From: Mobula birostris
Taxonomy: Eukaryota
DNA length: 64,000 bases
NCBI RefSeq assembly: GCF_030028105.1
Contig: NC_092379.1
Span: 19,445,309 to 19,509,308, forward strand
Direction of reading: 5' to 3'
Position numbers and translations under genes: made by a program
The notes under the pieces: generated by a model
What the model was told of the DNA's origin: nothing
Database searches by the model: none
Seen by the model: only the letters and a program-made list of their open reading frames with translations
Shown here: positions 11,451 through 24,700 of the stretch, piece after piece
Layout of the letters: each line of letters starts with the position of its first letter
Position numbering within the stretch: the first letter of the stretch is position 1

Positions 11451-12569
11451 TCTACCTAGGCATCTGTTTTATAACCTAATTCTGCATATATCCTATCTCC
11501 CTCTCTCTCTTTCTCCCTCCTTCCTTCTATGCACGTATGATTTATCTACCTCTACAATCTTTGCATTTTCATGCTAATTAGTGTCTAACACTGCTGACTA
11601 AATGAAGTGACATGAAGCAGTTTGCAACAGCAGGACTGCAAATCCAAGTCATCTGTCTCTCACCATTTCTCCGTGTTTTATCGGCTGATTGCAATCTTGT
11701 TGAAGGATGTGTGTTTTATGGATCAGCTTTTCAGAGCTGGGAAAAACAGAAACATGGAACGATTCTGGGAGAAGACACCAGTGCTGACAGCATAAAAGGT
11801 TGAAACTATGGCTGCAGTGGAGGGTGCAGGAGACATAGAAATGGGCAAGGGATCTGAGTTGAGGATAACAGTTGTAGTAAAAAGAGAACTTGTACTTTTG
11901 CAGCATCTTACTCAATCTCAGGACACCAACAGGACTTCATAGTCAAACACAGTTTTCTTTCTGAAGTCTCTTGCAGGATCAGAACAAGAAGGAATGACAC
12001 TTTTCCCTCCCTGAATGGCAGAGTGGACCTGATAGATTATAACAATTCAGTGGTTTCACATCATCATTTTCCACAATTTATGGCATTTGAATTCCAGGTT
12101 ACTTTAATGTACCAAAGCTAATTGTCCCCAGGTATGGTGGGTTTTTAAGCTGTTTCTGTAGATCACTTACCCGCACTCTCAATTACTGTTGCAAAGTCAA
12201 AACTACAAAGCATTAAAAAATTTTATTCACAGCAAATTCAAACTAACTGGAAAAACATCCAACAGTGAACTGTTATTTGCAGCCTAACGAACAAAGCCAC
12301 CCACTGGTGAGGGGTTAACATACACACACTGAAGGATCAGTCCAGGTACACTGTGAAAGTCTGCAGTACCCTAGCAAGTTGCACAGAATCCCCTCACTTG
12401 ACCTGATGGAGAGTATCCTGAGGAGGAAGCCCAAGAAATTCAAATCTCTCAGGGAATGGAGGCACACAACCTGTTTGTAATCCTGACAAATCATTAAGCA
12501 ACACACACAAAATGCTGGAGAAACTCAACAGGTCACGCCCATTGATGCTGCCAGGTACTCACTACTCTC

Positions 12570-12980
12570 AGTGTAAAGTTAACCCTCAGATCTCTTATTA
12601 ATCTCTGCCCTCTTATCTTCTATTAGTACCCTCCCAAGTTGGACTCCCAACCCTGAGGAAAAGCCTATGACCATCCACCATTCCGTACCCCTCATGATTT
12701 TACAAACTTCTGAGGTTGTCCCACATTCTCCTGTGCTCCAGATAATAATGAACCAGTATGGCTTACCTTGCCCTATAACTCAGGCCCTCTAGTCCAGGCA
12801 GCATCCTTGTACATCTCTTCTGTACCATTTCCAGCCTGACAATGCCTTTCCTATATCAGAGTAACCAAAACCGTACACAATACTCTAAGTGTGACCTCAA
12901 CAAATAACGTAACTGCCACATAATCTCCCCACTCCTGAACTCCATGCCCTGACTGGTGAAGGCCAGCATGCTAAACACAT
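12570..12980 (-). mobile_element. CR1 3' fragment
   Basis: Minus ORF ...QGMEFRSGEIMWQLRYLLRSHLEYCVRFW. Confidence 0.75.
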
Positions 12981-12984
12981 TCTT

Positions 12985-14010
12985 CACCACCCACCCTGTC
13001 ATCTCCTCACAAACTCCATCAGCACAGTTGCACCACAAGGCTGTGTGCTTAGCCCTCTGCTCTACTCGCTTTATACTCAGCATAACTTCAATGCCATATT
13101 TAAGTTTGCTGATGACTCCACTGTCGTAGACTGAATCAAGTGTGGTGATAAATCAGCATATAGGGGAGAGATTGAAAATCTGGCTGAGTGGTGCAACAAC
13201 CACCACCTATCACTCCATGTCAACAAAGTCAAGGAGAGTATTTGCATTCAGGAGGAGGAAACCAGAAGTCCAAGAGTCCTCATCAGGGGATCAGAGGTGG
13301 AGAAGTTCAGCAATTTTAAATTCCTCAGTGTCAGTGTCATTATGAAGGCGGCATGGCAGCGTCTCCACTTTCTTAGCAGTTTGCAAAGATTTGTCATTTC
13401 ATTGAAAATGTTGACAAATTTCTATAGATGTGTGGTGGAGAGTATATTGACTGGTTGCATTATAGCCTAGTATGAAAACACCAATCCCCTTGAATGGAAA
13501 AGCCCAGTCCATTATGGGTAAAGCCCTCCCTACCATTGAGCACATATACAAGGAGTGCTGTCGCAGGAAAGCAGCCTCCATCATTGAGGACCAATACACC
13601 CAGACGATGTTCTCTCCTCAGAAAAGAGGTGCAGGAATCTCAGGATCCGCACCACCAGGTTCAGGAATAGTTATTAACACTCAACCATCAGACTCTTGAA
13701 TCAGCGAGGATATCTTCACTTAACTTCTCTTGCCCCATCACTGAACTGTTCCCTAAACTTTGGCCTGACTTTCAAGGACTCTTAATGTTCTCAATACTTA
13801 TTGCTTATTCATTATTATATTTTTTATTATTTTTTTTCCTTTCAGTATTTGCACACTTGTTGTCTTTTGCACATTGGTTGTTCGTCTGTCCTGTTGGATG
13901 CAGTCTTTCATGGATTATGTTTTGTTTCTTGTACTTACAGTGATTACCTGCAAGAAAATGAATCTCTGGTTGCTAATTCTGACATGTCTGTACTTTGATA
14001 ATAAATTTAC
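12985..14010 (+). mobile_element. Rex1/Babar-type LINE 3' fragment
   Basis: KFADDSTVV, EIENLAEWCNNHHLSL and FYRCVVESILTGCI remnants. The 3' UTR ends TTTGATAATAAATTTACTTTG. Confidence 0.8.
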
Positions 14011-14029
14011 TTTGTACTTTGAACTTGTG

Positions 14030-15320
14030 TGGCTGATTTCAGTGAACTGTGTACTTGGACTTGCAGGTCCCTTTTCCACAATACTCATCAGCGCCCTGTA
14101 TGTCCTTCCCTGTTTGACCGTCAAAAAATGCATTACCTCACTTTGCAATTCCTTAGCCCGTCTCCCTAACAGATCAGGATCTTTTTGCAAATCAAAGTAA
14201 TTTGCTTCACTATCAACAAGACCCCTTCATTTAGTATCATCAGCAAACTTAAACTGTGCCTTATATATATTCACATTCCAAATAATTTACACCAATCATG
14301 AATAACAGAGGTCACAACACTGACTAATCACTATCCTCCAGTCAGAGAATCGATCTTCAACCACCACCCTTTGCTTCCTCTCATCATTAAGTACACAGGT
14401 GATCATGATGGTCTCTCAAAAGACAGTCTCCCCATAGTCAACCTTTTACTGTTAAGGTAGCTGCAGAACCTCTGTCTGAAACTTGCCTGCCAGGTCTATC
14501 ACCTACCCTCTTTTTGTCCTCCTGCTTTCCCTCTTAAGCCTGGTCTTAAAATTTTTATATTCATCAAAGGATTCATTCACACCCAGCTGCCTAAACACAT
14601 TGTACAGTTCCTTCTTTTCTTTATCATAGTCTTGGTATCTTTTGCCAGCCAGGTTTTCCTGAACTGGGTGTGTCTACCATTCACACTAACAGAAACATGC
14701 TGCCCCCTGGACTCTCGATATCATTTTAAAATCTCCCACTTGCCAAATATTTCTTTATCTTTATCTTGTCAGCCTTGGTGCAGTTAAGGACTTTACTATT
14801 TGGACCTAGCCAATAAAAAAATGATAAATCCTATGGTTCTTTCTTTCTTTTCGATTACTATTTTAAAATTGGAATTCTAGAACTGTGGTCACTAGACTCC
14901 CCAACTTATACTTCAGTTACCCCACCTTTTGCCGAAGAGAAGGTTCAGTGGTACTCCTTCCCAAATACGGTCCTCTATATAAGGTATAAGGGAACTGTCT
15001 TGGACACTCCACACAAATTCTTTCCTCATCCAGGCCCTTTGCACTCGGGGTGACCCAGGTGACACCAGGAAATGTGATATTTCCTTTGAGCACTTCTCTA
15101 CTATTCTCACAATTTCTCCATATGCCTGCTCCTCCAGTTCCCACTGACTACTGGGGAATCTGTAATTAGCCAGACCAGGGTGACTATCCTCTTCTTATTT
15201 CTAAGTTCTACCCAAATGCCCTTGCAAGATGACCCCTCAAGAATGTCCTAAGCACTGCTGTTATGTCCTCTGTTTTCAAAGGACAATATCCTCTCCAGTC
15301 TTATCTGTCCTCTTGCCCTG
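14030..15320 (-). mobile_element. Highly fragmented CR1 ORF2 debris
   Basis: Scattered CR1 motifs (MQKDPDLLGRRAKELQ, KFADDTK region, VWESS). Confidence 0.6.
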
Positions 15321-15459
15321 TATCAGTATCCCTGAACACTGAGCTGCCCTTCTCTCAGCCACATTTCTGTTATGGTCACAATATTCCAGTTACTAGAAGC
15401 AATCAACACTCCTCTCATTTCATCCATCCTACCTGTTAAGATAAGTGTAGGTGTAACCC

Positions 15460-16275
15460 TCAGGCTCAGCCAGCATGTGTTCATCCAGGGGAAGACAGCT
15501 TCTGGCCCTGCCAAACTAAGAAATCTCATTTGTGTGGATGTTGTGTGATGTGTCGCCCAGTTACAAATCCACACCGCAAAATTTCAGATAGTACATCATA
15601 TGCAATTAAATGATTTAACTTTATAAATCTTAATCTGAATACAGGGTTAGTATAGAAAATAAAAAGAAAAAAGGTCCATTTTAAGGAAAAAGTCAAAAGT
15701 ACACGTTGGAGCTCACTGAACCATTGACCTCCTCTGGGCGTCGCTGACCTTCGGACCCCCCGCTCCCAGTCCACTCCATCCAGCGGTCTACCAGCTTTCT
15801 CCACACGTATCTTCCTTCTTCCTCACTCACCGACAAGAGACCGCAAAAATCCCTCTTCCAGACCCACCAGAAAGAACAACATTCCTCTCATTGGATAGCC
15901 CCACATTCCAAAGCCCTGTTATCTCCAGTCATAACCCAAACATTGCTGCTACAGAGAAACCAGTAGATTAGCAGTGAAACATTACAGAGAGGCCATTATG
16001 TTAGCAGTGAAACCTTATAGCGTGTTACATATGGAACTAGATTCGGGCAGGTGGGACTCATCAACCCCGGGACGGCAGCCCACCTAGGAGAAGGAAAACT
16101 GATTTTAAACCCCTGCTACCTTGTGGCCGTACCCACCCATGGGTAAGGCTTCGGAACTAAATCCTGAGGAAGAAATCTGGAGCAGGGGACCCGAAGGCAG
16201 CTTGATGTTGTTTACAACTTCACTCTGGCAACCTCTGCGACAACACTGGTGCCAAGCTGTATCAGCGCTTGCCCT
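15460..16275 (+). mobile_element. RTE-clade LINE 5' UTR-like sequence, interrupted by a solo LTR
   Basis: GGCAGCCCACCTAGGAGAAGGAAAACTGATTTTAAACCCCTGCTACCTTGTGGCCGTACCC...GGCTTCGGAACTAAATCCTGAGG resembles RTE 5' leaders as I recall them. No database check was possible. Confidence 0.45.
15551..16029. mobile_element. Probable solo LTR (~480 bp)
   Basis: TGT...ACA ends, a 4-bp TSD with one mismatch (GATG 15547-50 / TATG 16030-33), and it interrupts a continuous host repeat. Confidence 0.55.
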
Positions 16276-16277
16276 TC

Positions 16278-17360
16278 CATAAGATATAGGAGCAGAACTA
16301 GGCCATTCAGCCCATCAAGTCTGCTCCACCATTCAATCATGGGCTGATCCAATTCTTATAGTCATCCCCACTCCCCTGTCTTCACCCCATACCCTTTGAT
16401 GCCCTGGCTAATCGAGAACCTATCTATCTCTGCCTTAAGACTCAGCCTCCACAGCTGCTTGTGGCAACAAATTCCACAGATTTACCACATTCTGACTAAA
16501 GTAATTTCTCTGCACCTCAGTTCTAAAAGGACGTCCTTCAATTTTGAAGTCGTGCCCTTTTGTTCTAGAATCCCCTACCATGGGAAATAACTTTTCCATA
16601 TCTAATCTGTTCAGGCTTTTCAACATTCGGAATATTTCTATCAGATTCCCCCTCATTCTCCTGAACTCCAGGTAATACAGCCCACGAGCTGCCAGACATT
16701 CCTCATATGGTAACCCTTTCATTCCTGGAATCAGTTTCATGAATCTTCTCTGAGTCCTCTCCAATGTCAGTATACCTTTTCTTAAATAAGGAGCTCCGGA
16801 GGGGAAGGCCCCAAATCCTCGGCTTTGCCTATTGCTTGTTGCCGGGGCCGGGGTCGAAGCGCTCGGCAGAGATGGTGCTCAGTGTTGGAGGCTCGAAGTT
16901 TTCAGACGGACTCAAGAGTCGGCTGTGGTCAGGTACTTCCAGGGTGCTGCATCGGCAAGTTTGCGGCGCTGGAGGTTCAGGGCAGGAAGAGTTTTTTTCC
17001 TCTTCCTTCTACCGCCTGCGTGAGATGATGGGACTTTCGAGAGACTGAGACTTTTTTTTTTTTTTTTTACCATGCCCATGGTCTGTTCTTAATCAAATTA
17101 CGGTATTGCTTTGCACTGTTGTAACCATATATTATAATTATGTGGTTTTTGTCAGTTTTTCAGTTGGTTTGTCTTGTGTTTCTGTGAAATCATTCTGGGG
17201 GAACATTGTATCATTTCTTAATGCATGCATTACTAAATGACAATAAAAGAGGACTACGTGTCCTCATAATCTAATCTAAAAATTGAACACAATACTCCAA
17301 GTGTGGTCTCACGAGTGCCTTACAGAGCCTCAATATCACATATCTGCTCTTGTATTCCCT
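16278..17360 (-). mobile_element. CR1 3' end, interrupted at 16795-17279
   Basis: ORF 16435-16764 ERTQRRFMKLIPGMKGLPYEE...LEFRRMRGNLIE...VVNLWNLLP. The tail ATAAGATATAGGAGCAGAA is on the plus strand. Confidence 0.9.
16795..17279 (+). mobile_element. Non-autonomous GC-rich retroposon, 5'-truncated (copy 2)
   Basis: Homologous to 3650-4098, with the same AAATGACAATAAAAGAGG...ATCTAATCTAA end. Confidence 0.8.
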
Positions 17361-17689
17361 TGGACTACATCAGTGATGTGGAGAGGGGGACTTGCTACAT
17401 GGGCAACAGCTGGTTCTTCAAATCTTCCCACCCAGGCCCTGGAGAGGACACAGTCCATCAGAGGTGTGAATCCATGATCCCCTGGGATCAACAGCTACCT
17501 AATATGGAACTAGATATAATGTATATCAGGGGTCTTATCTGCCACTTCATGGTAAACATGCCTATCCTGATTGCTGGGCGAACACGCTTTGGTTGCTGAA
17601 TATACCCCTGCCTTATCACTGACTTCACTCTCTTATGTCCCACACACCTGCCAATCTAGTTTAAACCCTCACTTGTTGTCACCATATAC

Positions 17690-18530
17690 TACCCCAAGAT
17701 TCATTTTCTTGAGGCATTCAGAGTAAATACAAAGAGAGACAATCATATCAATGAAAAACCACACACATGCCAGACAAGCAACCGATGAACAAAATACAGC
17801 AAATTACAAATAATCTTCTTCTTGTGCCTTGCGCGTTACACGCTTGGGCAATCATGGCACTCCACATCGAATGATCCCTCGCAGCGTCAATGATACCTCG
17901 CACACTTAGATCTGTTAGTTCTTTCAGTGTCCACATATTTTCTTTGCCTTCCTCTTCCGCATTTCCCAGGCATACAGCTTTGTAATGTAAAGCATTCTAT
18001 TTCTCCCTTTCTGATGACATGGTCCAGGAATTTAAGTTTCCTCGCATTTAACGTTCTCATTAAAGATCTTTTTTTATGCGTACATTAGAGTACTAAATAA
18101 AAAAACAGAAATAATAACAATAACTATAAATAAATAAGCAAAAATATCAAGAACTTGAGATGAAGAGCCCTTGAAACTAAGAGCATAGGTTGTAGGAACA
18201 GTTCAGTGTTGGGGTGAGTGAAGTTATCTCATCTGGTTCAGGAGCCTGATGGGTGAGAATTAATAACTGTTCCAGGACTTAGTGGTGTGGGTCTTGAGTG
18301 TCCTGTACCTCCTCCATGAAGAGAACATGACTGGTATGGAGCAGGTCCTTGATGTTGGAGCTGCTTTCCTGAGACAGCACTCTTGTAGACGTGCTCAATG
18401 GTGAGGAGGGCTTTACCCACAATGGACCACGTTGTTTCTACTACTTTTTGCAGGCTTTTATGTTCAAAGGTATGTGTTCCCAAAATAGGCCATGATGCAG
18501 CCAGTCAGTATTGTGTCCACAGCACAGCTA
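17690..18530 (-). mobile_element. Rex1/Babar-type LINE 3' fragment, interrupted by an RTE fragment
   Basis: Minus ORF KSLQKVVETTWSIVGKALLTIEHVY, homologous to 13.4-13.7 kb. Confidence 0.7.
17815..18075 (-). mobile_element. RTE-clade LINE 3' end
   Basis: Minus-strand KLKFLDHVIRKGEIE...GRGRQRKY and IDAARDHSMWSAMIAQACNAQGTRRR, ending in a (GAA)n tail. Confidence 0.75.
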
Positions 18531-18639
18531 TAGAAGTCTGACAATGTTTTAAGATGACACTGAATTTTCACAGACTTCTCAGTCTTTTCAGTATCCTGTC
18601 CTGATGCCCAGTATGCCTGCATGCTCACCCTCTGAGCCT

Positions 18640-19250
18640 AAGAGCCAGAGACCTGACCAGTTCTGCTAGCCCTTAAAAGAACATCCCCCTCGACAGTATC
18701 CAAAGACATGTACCTATTAGTCAGGGGAATGGGTACAGGGGACCTTTGCATTGATTGCCTTCTCCTCTTCCTTCCCCATCTATCTGAAGTGTGTACTTTA
18801 GCTGTGTCCATATCAGTAACAGTCTCATCTCTGAACCCCTCAGCTTCCCTAATGATACCAAATACCTGCAGGTCCAGCCCCAGTTCCTTGACCTAGTATG
18901 CAAGGATGAACTGCCTACAAATGTAGACCATGAGGCTCCCTGAATTCCCACGTCTGGTAGGAGGAGGATTTCACTATCCTGCATTGACTGAAAAACGAAA
19001 TAAAACTTTACCTGTGCCTTCTCAGTGAAGCCTTTTTAGAAATCTATTTTCATTCCCCAAATCTGAACCACTTACTCCACCCCTTCATCACAAAACCTCT
19101 TGAGTCAAAGCCTCTGCTCTCTTCCAGTCCACTGACTCACTGTCACAATGGCCATTCTGCTTGACCCAAACTTCTTGTATTGGCTGCTGTTAATTAGCTC
19201 ATAACTAATCAACTATTAACTCACAAATTGTAAACGTTGCACTTTTGGAG
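18640..19250 (-). mobile_element. CR1 5' UTR and ORF1 fragment
   Basis: Minus-strand VKELGLDLQVFGIIREAEGFRDETV motif, with the 5' UTR AAAGGCTTCACTGAGAAGGCACAGG. Confidence 0.65.
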
Positions 19251-19829
19251 CCATTTAAATGAAGCTCACCAGCAAGCCTTGGGACCAACCTCCTTTGGAC
19301 TCTCAGGCTTCCTGCGCCAAGTCCCAGCTTCTGGTAAGTGAAAATCATCCAATTCCTTTCTGCAATTCATCATGAATGATAACTGAGTGCTCCTCTGTGA
19401 TCTGTATACCCATGGAGACCAGGTTTGCATGAATACTAGAGATGAATTGTAGGACAGACTCATTGAGTTTGAGGAAGTTTGAAAACATAAAGAATGTAAG
19501 AGTGAATAACAGAAAACAGTCAGACATTATCACATTTTCTGCATTGAATTAACAGAAATTAACAGATGCAAAAGAAAACAAGATGAATTATACATCAAAA
19601 CACAGTGAGAGAGATGTTGGGATTGGGCAGGGACAGTTGATGTACTTCCCTGGTGTTAGCTTTCCACCAAGAGTCTGAAATGGATGGATGCTGTGCTGGG
19701 AACACATGTATGTCCACAGTGCTTGGTTGTGGTGAAATGATTGTGAGCCGCCTTGGCCAGAGGTTTAGGATGCTCATTCACAGGTGTTTATAGTTACATC
19801 AGAAATCATGTAATCTCCATTTAATGTCT

Positions 19830-21040
19830 GGCTACCCACCATGCAATCAAAGTCCTGTCTTCAGCTTTAACCAACTCTTTATACTCCACACTAGTCCACC
19901 AGTCATACAATGACCTCTCTCAGTTCCACCCACCATGTCTGATTTCTTATCTATACATCAAGCAATCAGAACCTCCCCCAATACCACTCTCCAGAGTCCT
20001 TCCTGCACCACACCTACTATCTGGTGCCCCACTCACACTTCACCCACCATCCAGTCCTAACCTGCACACCACACAGACATTGACACAATCACAATCACCA
20101 TCAAGACTTTCACTCTCATCAATGTGACCAATGTCCCACCATTCATTCCAGCAGACCATGGCCCTATCTACACATCACAGTGTCAAAAGCCAGTCAGCCA
20201 GAGCCCAATGCCCATCCCAGTGACACACACAGAATACAGACATAACCAGTCTAATGTCAATTCCACCATTAAACCAGATTCAATCCTCCCTTTCTACTTC
20301 CTGAAAGGATTCCATTACATTCTGTTTCCCTGGGTCCACTGTATTTGATCTGATGGTACCTTCATATCACTGTTTACAAGATGACCTTCTTTTCTCTAAA
20401 ACATGGTTTCTCCTCCACTATAGTTGGCCAAACTCTCAACCATGTCTTTTCCACTTACAGCACTCCAACTCTCACTCCATTATCACCTCCCACTCATCAG
20501 CAGGTCCTCAAGCGCCCACAATTCATTAATTATTCTCTGTCATTTCCACCACCTCCCAGGTCATATCATAGAAAGATAAATCTTCCCTCCCCTTCCATGA
20601 AACAATCGATCAAGATTATTTCCTCCACAGCTGCTCAATTCACTGTTCAGCACTGATAAGCTGTTACTGTGTAATATTTGCTGTCCTTCTCACAAATGTA
20701 GGAGATCAAACAACTTCCTTTTTAACTTGTTCCCATCTCAACTCCCAGAGATGCAAAGGCTCCTTTTAGCTGAGACAGTGTTTCATTTGCACATTTCTGA
20801 ATTACTGTAGTTGATTCCCTGCTCAAGATGTGGCTTCCTCTACACCCGGGAAACCAGAAACCCAGTAACAACTTTCAAAAATTCTTCATTCAGACACATT
20901 CCACTTTGTTCTGACATGCATTCAACACCCCACTCTCATCATCCTTACTATGACAACTCAAGATGAAGCTTGAGGAAAGGCATATCTTCCACCTTGGCAG
21001 ATTACAGCCCCTGGCTCTGAGAGATGTCAAGACAGTCTCA
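19830..21040 (+). mobile_element. Old degenerate Penelope-like element
   Basis: Remnants SIPF...FLK.GF.ST, CSRCGFLYT.ET and MKLEERHIFHLGRLQP. Confidence 0.65.
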
Positions 21041-21479
21041 GATAACCAACCATTCCAGTTTGTGACAGAACCGGCCAGGTCCAATGAAGAACATTCACCA
21101 ACCTATAATATAAATTCTCTATCTCCACAGATGCTGCCCAACCTACCCTTTTCACTCCTATCACCCTTTTCTATGCCCGGCCATGCTCTGGACATTGGCT
21201 ATTTCACACACCACCACTCCCATCATGTGCTCTATGACCTGCTCATCCAGCTCAAATTGCTCATACACCCTCTATGCCTGCACCATATTCGTCCACCCAC
21301 AAACACTGCTCAAACCGCTAAGTTTATCCAGCAGACTACTTGTTGCCCCAGATTCCAGCATCTGCAGTATCCCGTGTCTCCTGCTCACCCTCATGTTGAT
21401 TCCTTGTTTCTTATTTGTGTTCAGCTGATAGTCTGTGTTCGAGTGAACAGTTAGTTGTTGATGGACTGTAGTGTAGACC

Positions 21480-21713
21480 ATGATCTCTCTTTGGGGGCTT
21501 TGCTTTTGTTTGTATGGTGGGTGGTGGGAATGCTGACGCTTTATGCTGGAATAAAAGGGGGGGGTGGGGTGGGAGGGTTGATGCTGCTTATGCGTGGGAG
21601 GGGCAAGGAACTTTGGGGCTCATGCTTTTTTTTGTCATTCATTCTTCGGGGGATTCTTCTGTTTCGAGGATGTCTGCAGAGAGTAAGAATTTCAGGTTAT
21701 ACGTTGTATATTT
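21480..21713 (+). mobile_element. Non-coding retroposon 3' body, cut by an LTR element
   Basis: G-rich body ending GGATGTCTGCAGAGAGTAAGAATTTCAGGTT..TGTATATTT, a common elasmobranch non-autonomous repeat by recognition only. Confidence 0.5.
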
Positions 21714-24700
21714 TGTGGTCAGGGGAAAAATACACACGCAGGACAACAAATACTTTTCCGGGTCTTAAATTCCTTTATCTGTTTTAGATGTTTTATTGCA
21801 GAAAGAGGGTATCAAAATAAAAACGACAAAATAAATTGAAAGTGTCCGCTATTACAAACTCAGTTTAACTTCAGACCACACCCTTGTAACGTATGCAGTA
21901 TGAAAATAGCTAAAAAATATCCTAAACCAATACAGTAGAGACAAATCTAAAAAAAAATACAATGTTAGAATCCCACCAAGCCTGTACCTTATGCACAACA
22001 TCAAAAATATGAATAAATACATCTCATCTCAACTAAGAGATATACTTACATTTGGAACACACGTGCTTAACTTCCAAACACATATAGGCTAGAACGTGAA
22101 TTGAATTTTCCTTGCTCATGCTACATGAACAGAGATTAACACATTCACATTACTCCATTACATTCACATTTGGTCATGAAACAATAAAGAAAAACAAATA
22201 AACTTTTACTAGATATTGCCTTGTAATTGAATTACTAAAAAAAAATAACCTGGTAGGCCAGTTAAGGAACTTAGCAATCACACTATCCAGCACTGACCAA
22301 TTTACTCACTACATTTGTTACTCACGAAAATTTTTCCTCATCAAACCTGGGAAAAGCATTCAAACGTCGTCCTTTCTAGAACATGGCAACTCTTCGTTCT
22401 ACTCCACCCATGCAAAATGACACCACCGTTTTCTGCATTGGCAGCTATTTGAGCATAACCAAGCTGAAAATATAAGTGCACTTTAACAATTAAAAGATGC
22501 ATATTCAACCACTACCTGGTTACATTGTCCCCTGCACACGAGTAAGCGTCCTCGATTACTCATTCACTGCAAAAGTACCTTTAACTCTTTAACTGCTTCT
22601 CTGAATAGGACTGAACTTAGACTGGCCAGTATCTGTGACACTGCTGCACGACTTATGGAGGCCACATCTGGAAGTGACCTTGGTTTGTGATGTGGGTTAG
22701 AGTGCGGTCTAGCATTTACTCCTTTACTCCTGCGGGATGCTGCAACAGGAAGATTAACAACATCTGACCCTGGATCGGCTGTCACAGGCACAATGGTCTC
22801 AGTTCCAGAAGTTTTACTGTCAAGACTAGGATCGGGATTCGGTACACCCTGTTCTGACACATCTTTTCCCAATATCACACCATTCTCTGAATCCTCAGAA
22901 TCTGATTCATGTCCCGGGGAAGGACTACCCTGAATTACAGGAGCTTTCAGTCTCCTCTGAGGAACTGGGGTGGGAACGCTCTCACAGGGCCCGATGTCTA
23001 CCCCGTTTACCCTCTTGATAGACCCTCCCTCCAAAGGATCAACAGTGTATGTGTTGTCTAGCACCTCTACCACTCTGTACAGTTGATTTCCAAGCATTCT
23101 AGATCTTACTACAGCCTACTGGTCTGTTCCAGAAGTAAACTAGTGCATTTACGTCAATCTGGGGACAATGAATTTTATCCTCCTGTCAGGCAATACGTTC
23201 TGCTGCCTTCTGTTCAGAGTATTCTTTTGCTCTGGCATGAGCATCACTCAGTCGTTTCTAGTGAACAGCTGACCAGTCATACCTCCTGTTCACAGACTGT
23301 CCTTGCCCCAGCAGAGCATCCACTGGCAAGTGGGGATCAACACCAAACAGTAGGTAATAAGGGGAATATCCAGTGGTTGCATGAAGTGTCACATTGTATG
23401 CATACACTAACTCGGGTAAATGCTCTGGGCACCTGTGCTTCTTTTCTAGAGGCAATGTACACAACAAATCATGCATCGTCCTGTTGAAACGCTCACACTG
23501 AATGTTGCCAGTAGGGTGATGGGGTATAGTACGACTTTTCTTTACCCCGTACAGTTTGCAAAGCTCATTTATGACCTCACTTTTGAAGTTACAGCCCCGG
23601 TCAGAATGCAACCTCTCAGGAATCCCATACTTCATAAACCATTCCCTCAAGAGTACCTTTGCTGTGGTATCTGTCTTTTGATCCCGAGTGGGAATGCTTG
23701 GGTGAATTTTGTAAAGGTTGGGGTGTTTCGTTACATCAGATCACTTACATCACTAGTACCAGCTTCAAGAGTTCAAATTTGCCTAACCTCACAGCTTTTA
23801 AGACCAGCTGTAACCAGTGACGGATTTAGGGCAGTGCCTTGATTGATCAGACTACAGATCACCACGGATCCGTCAAAGTCAGCAAAGTCAGCTGAGATAG
23901 GCTCAGGATCCCCTGCAAATGGCTGCCTAGAGAGGGCATCAGCCATAGTATTACTCTGACCTGGATGGTACTTTGTCTCTCCCTGTTGCTGGTATAAAAC
24001 AGCTCTTAGTCTGTGACTGCTTGCATCAGTCTCCACTATGAAAGGCTGTGTGAAAGGTCTATCATTGAGAAAAACTGCGCTTCCCGCAAAGCATCAAAAC
24101 TTTCATCAATCTGCGTGAGCGGGAACACATCCACTTCAGTCTTAGGATTCAGTCTCCGATAGTCTACACACAGCCTTAAGCTACCATCAGCCTTCCATAC
24201 CAACAACACAGGTGAGGTATATGCACTATTGCTCTCCTGAATCACACCGTTCTTCAACAACTTTGAGATGTGCTCTTTCACTTCACTGTACTGATTGGGC
24301 AGAATGCGACAGTACAGCTGTGAAACAGGCTCATCCTCATTAAATGAATCTCATGCTTAATCTCGTTAGTTTACCCAAGGTCTTCATCTTTGAATGCACA
24401 GATATCCAGGTACTTAGCCAGTAAAGCTCTTAGCTGAGCTTGTTGTTCTTCACTACCCCCAATGTCGAGTTTGTCAAGAGTTGATTCTAACTTGGGGTTA
24501 CTATCCTTCTCCTTTACACCAACAGTCACTTGTTCAATGCCAGCTGAGATCCACTGCAATCTTACAGCACCTTCCTGATCGCTATCTATGCATTCTACCT
24601 TTGATAGTATACCCAGCTGGATCCTAGGTGAGAGCCATACATCCTCTTGAGAGAGATTTGAAACCTGTACTGGCAGTGTACGGAAACAAGAGTCAATGAG

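Larger units (their letters stand above)
10562..12246 (-). repeat. Diverged direct duplication of ~90 bp (10562-10652 vs 12149-12240) ending in a minus-strand GTAAGT donor-like site
   Basis: Shared CTGTTTCT.T.GATCACTTACCC..ACTCTC.ATTAC..TTGCAAAGTCA.A.CTACA..GC.T.AAAAAATTTTATTCACAGCAAATT. Confidence 0.75.
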
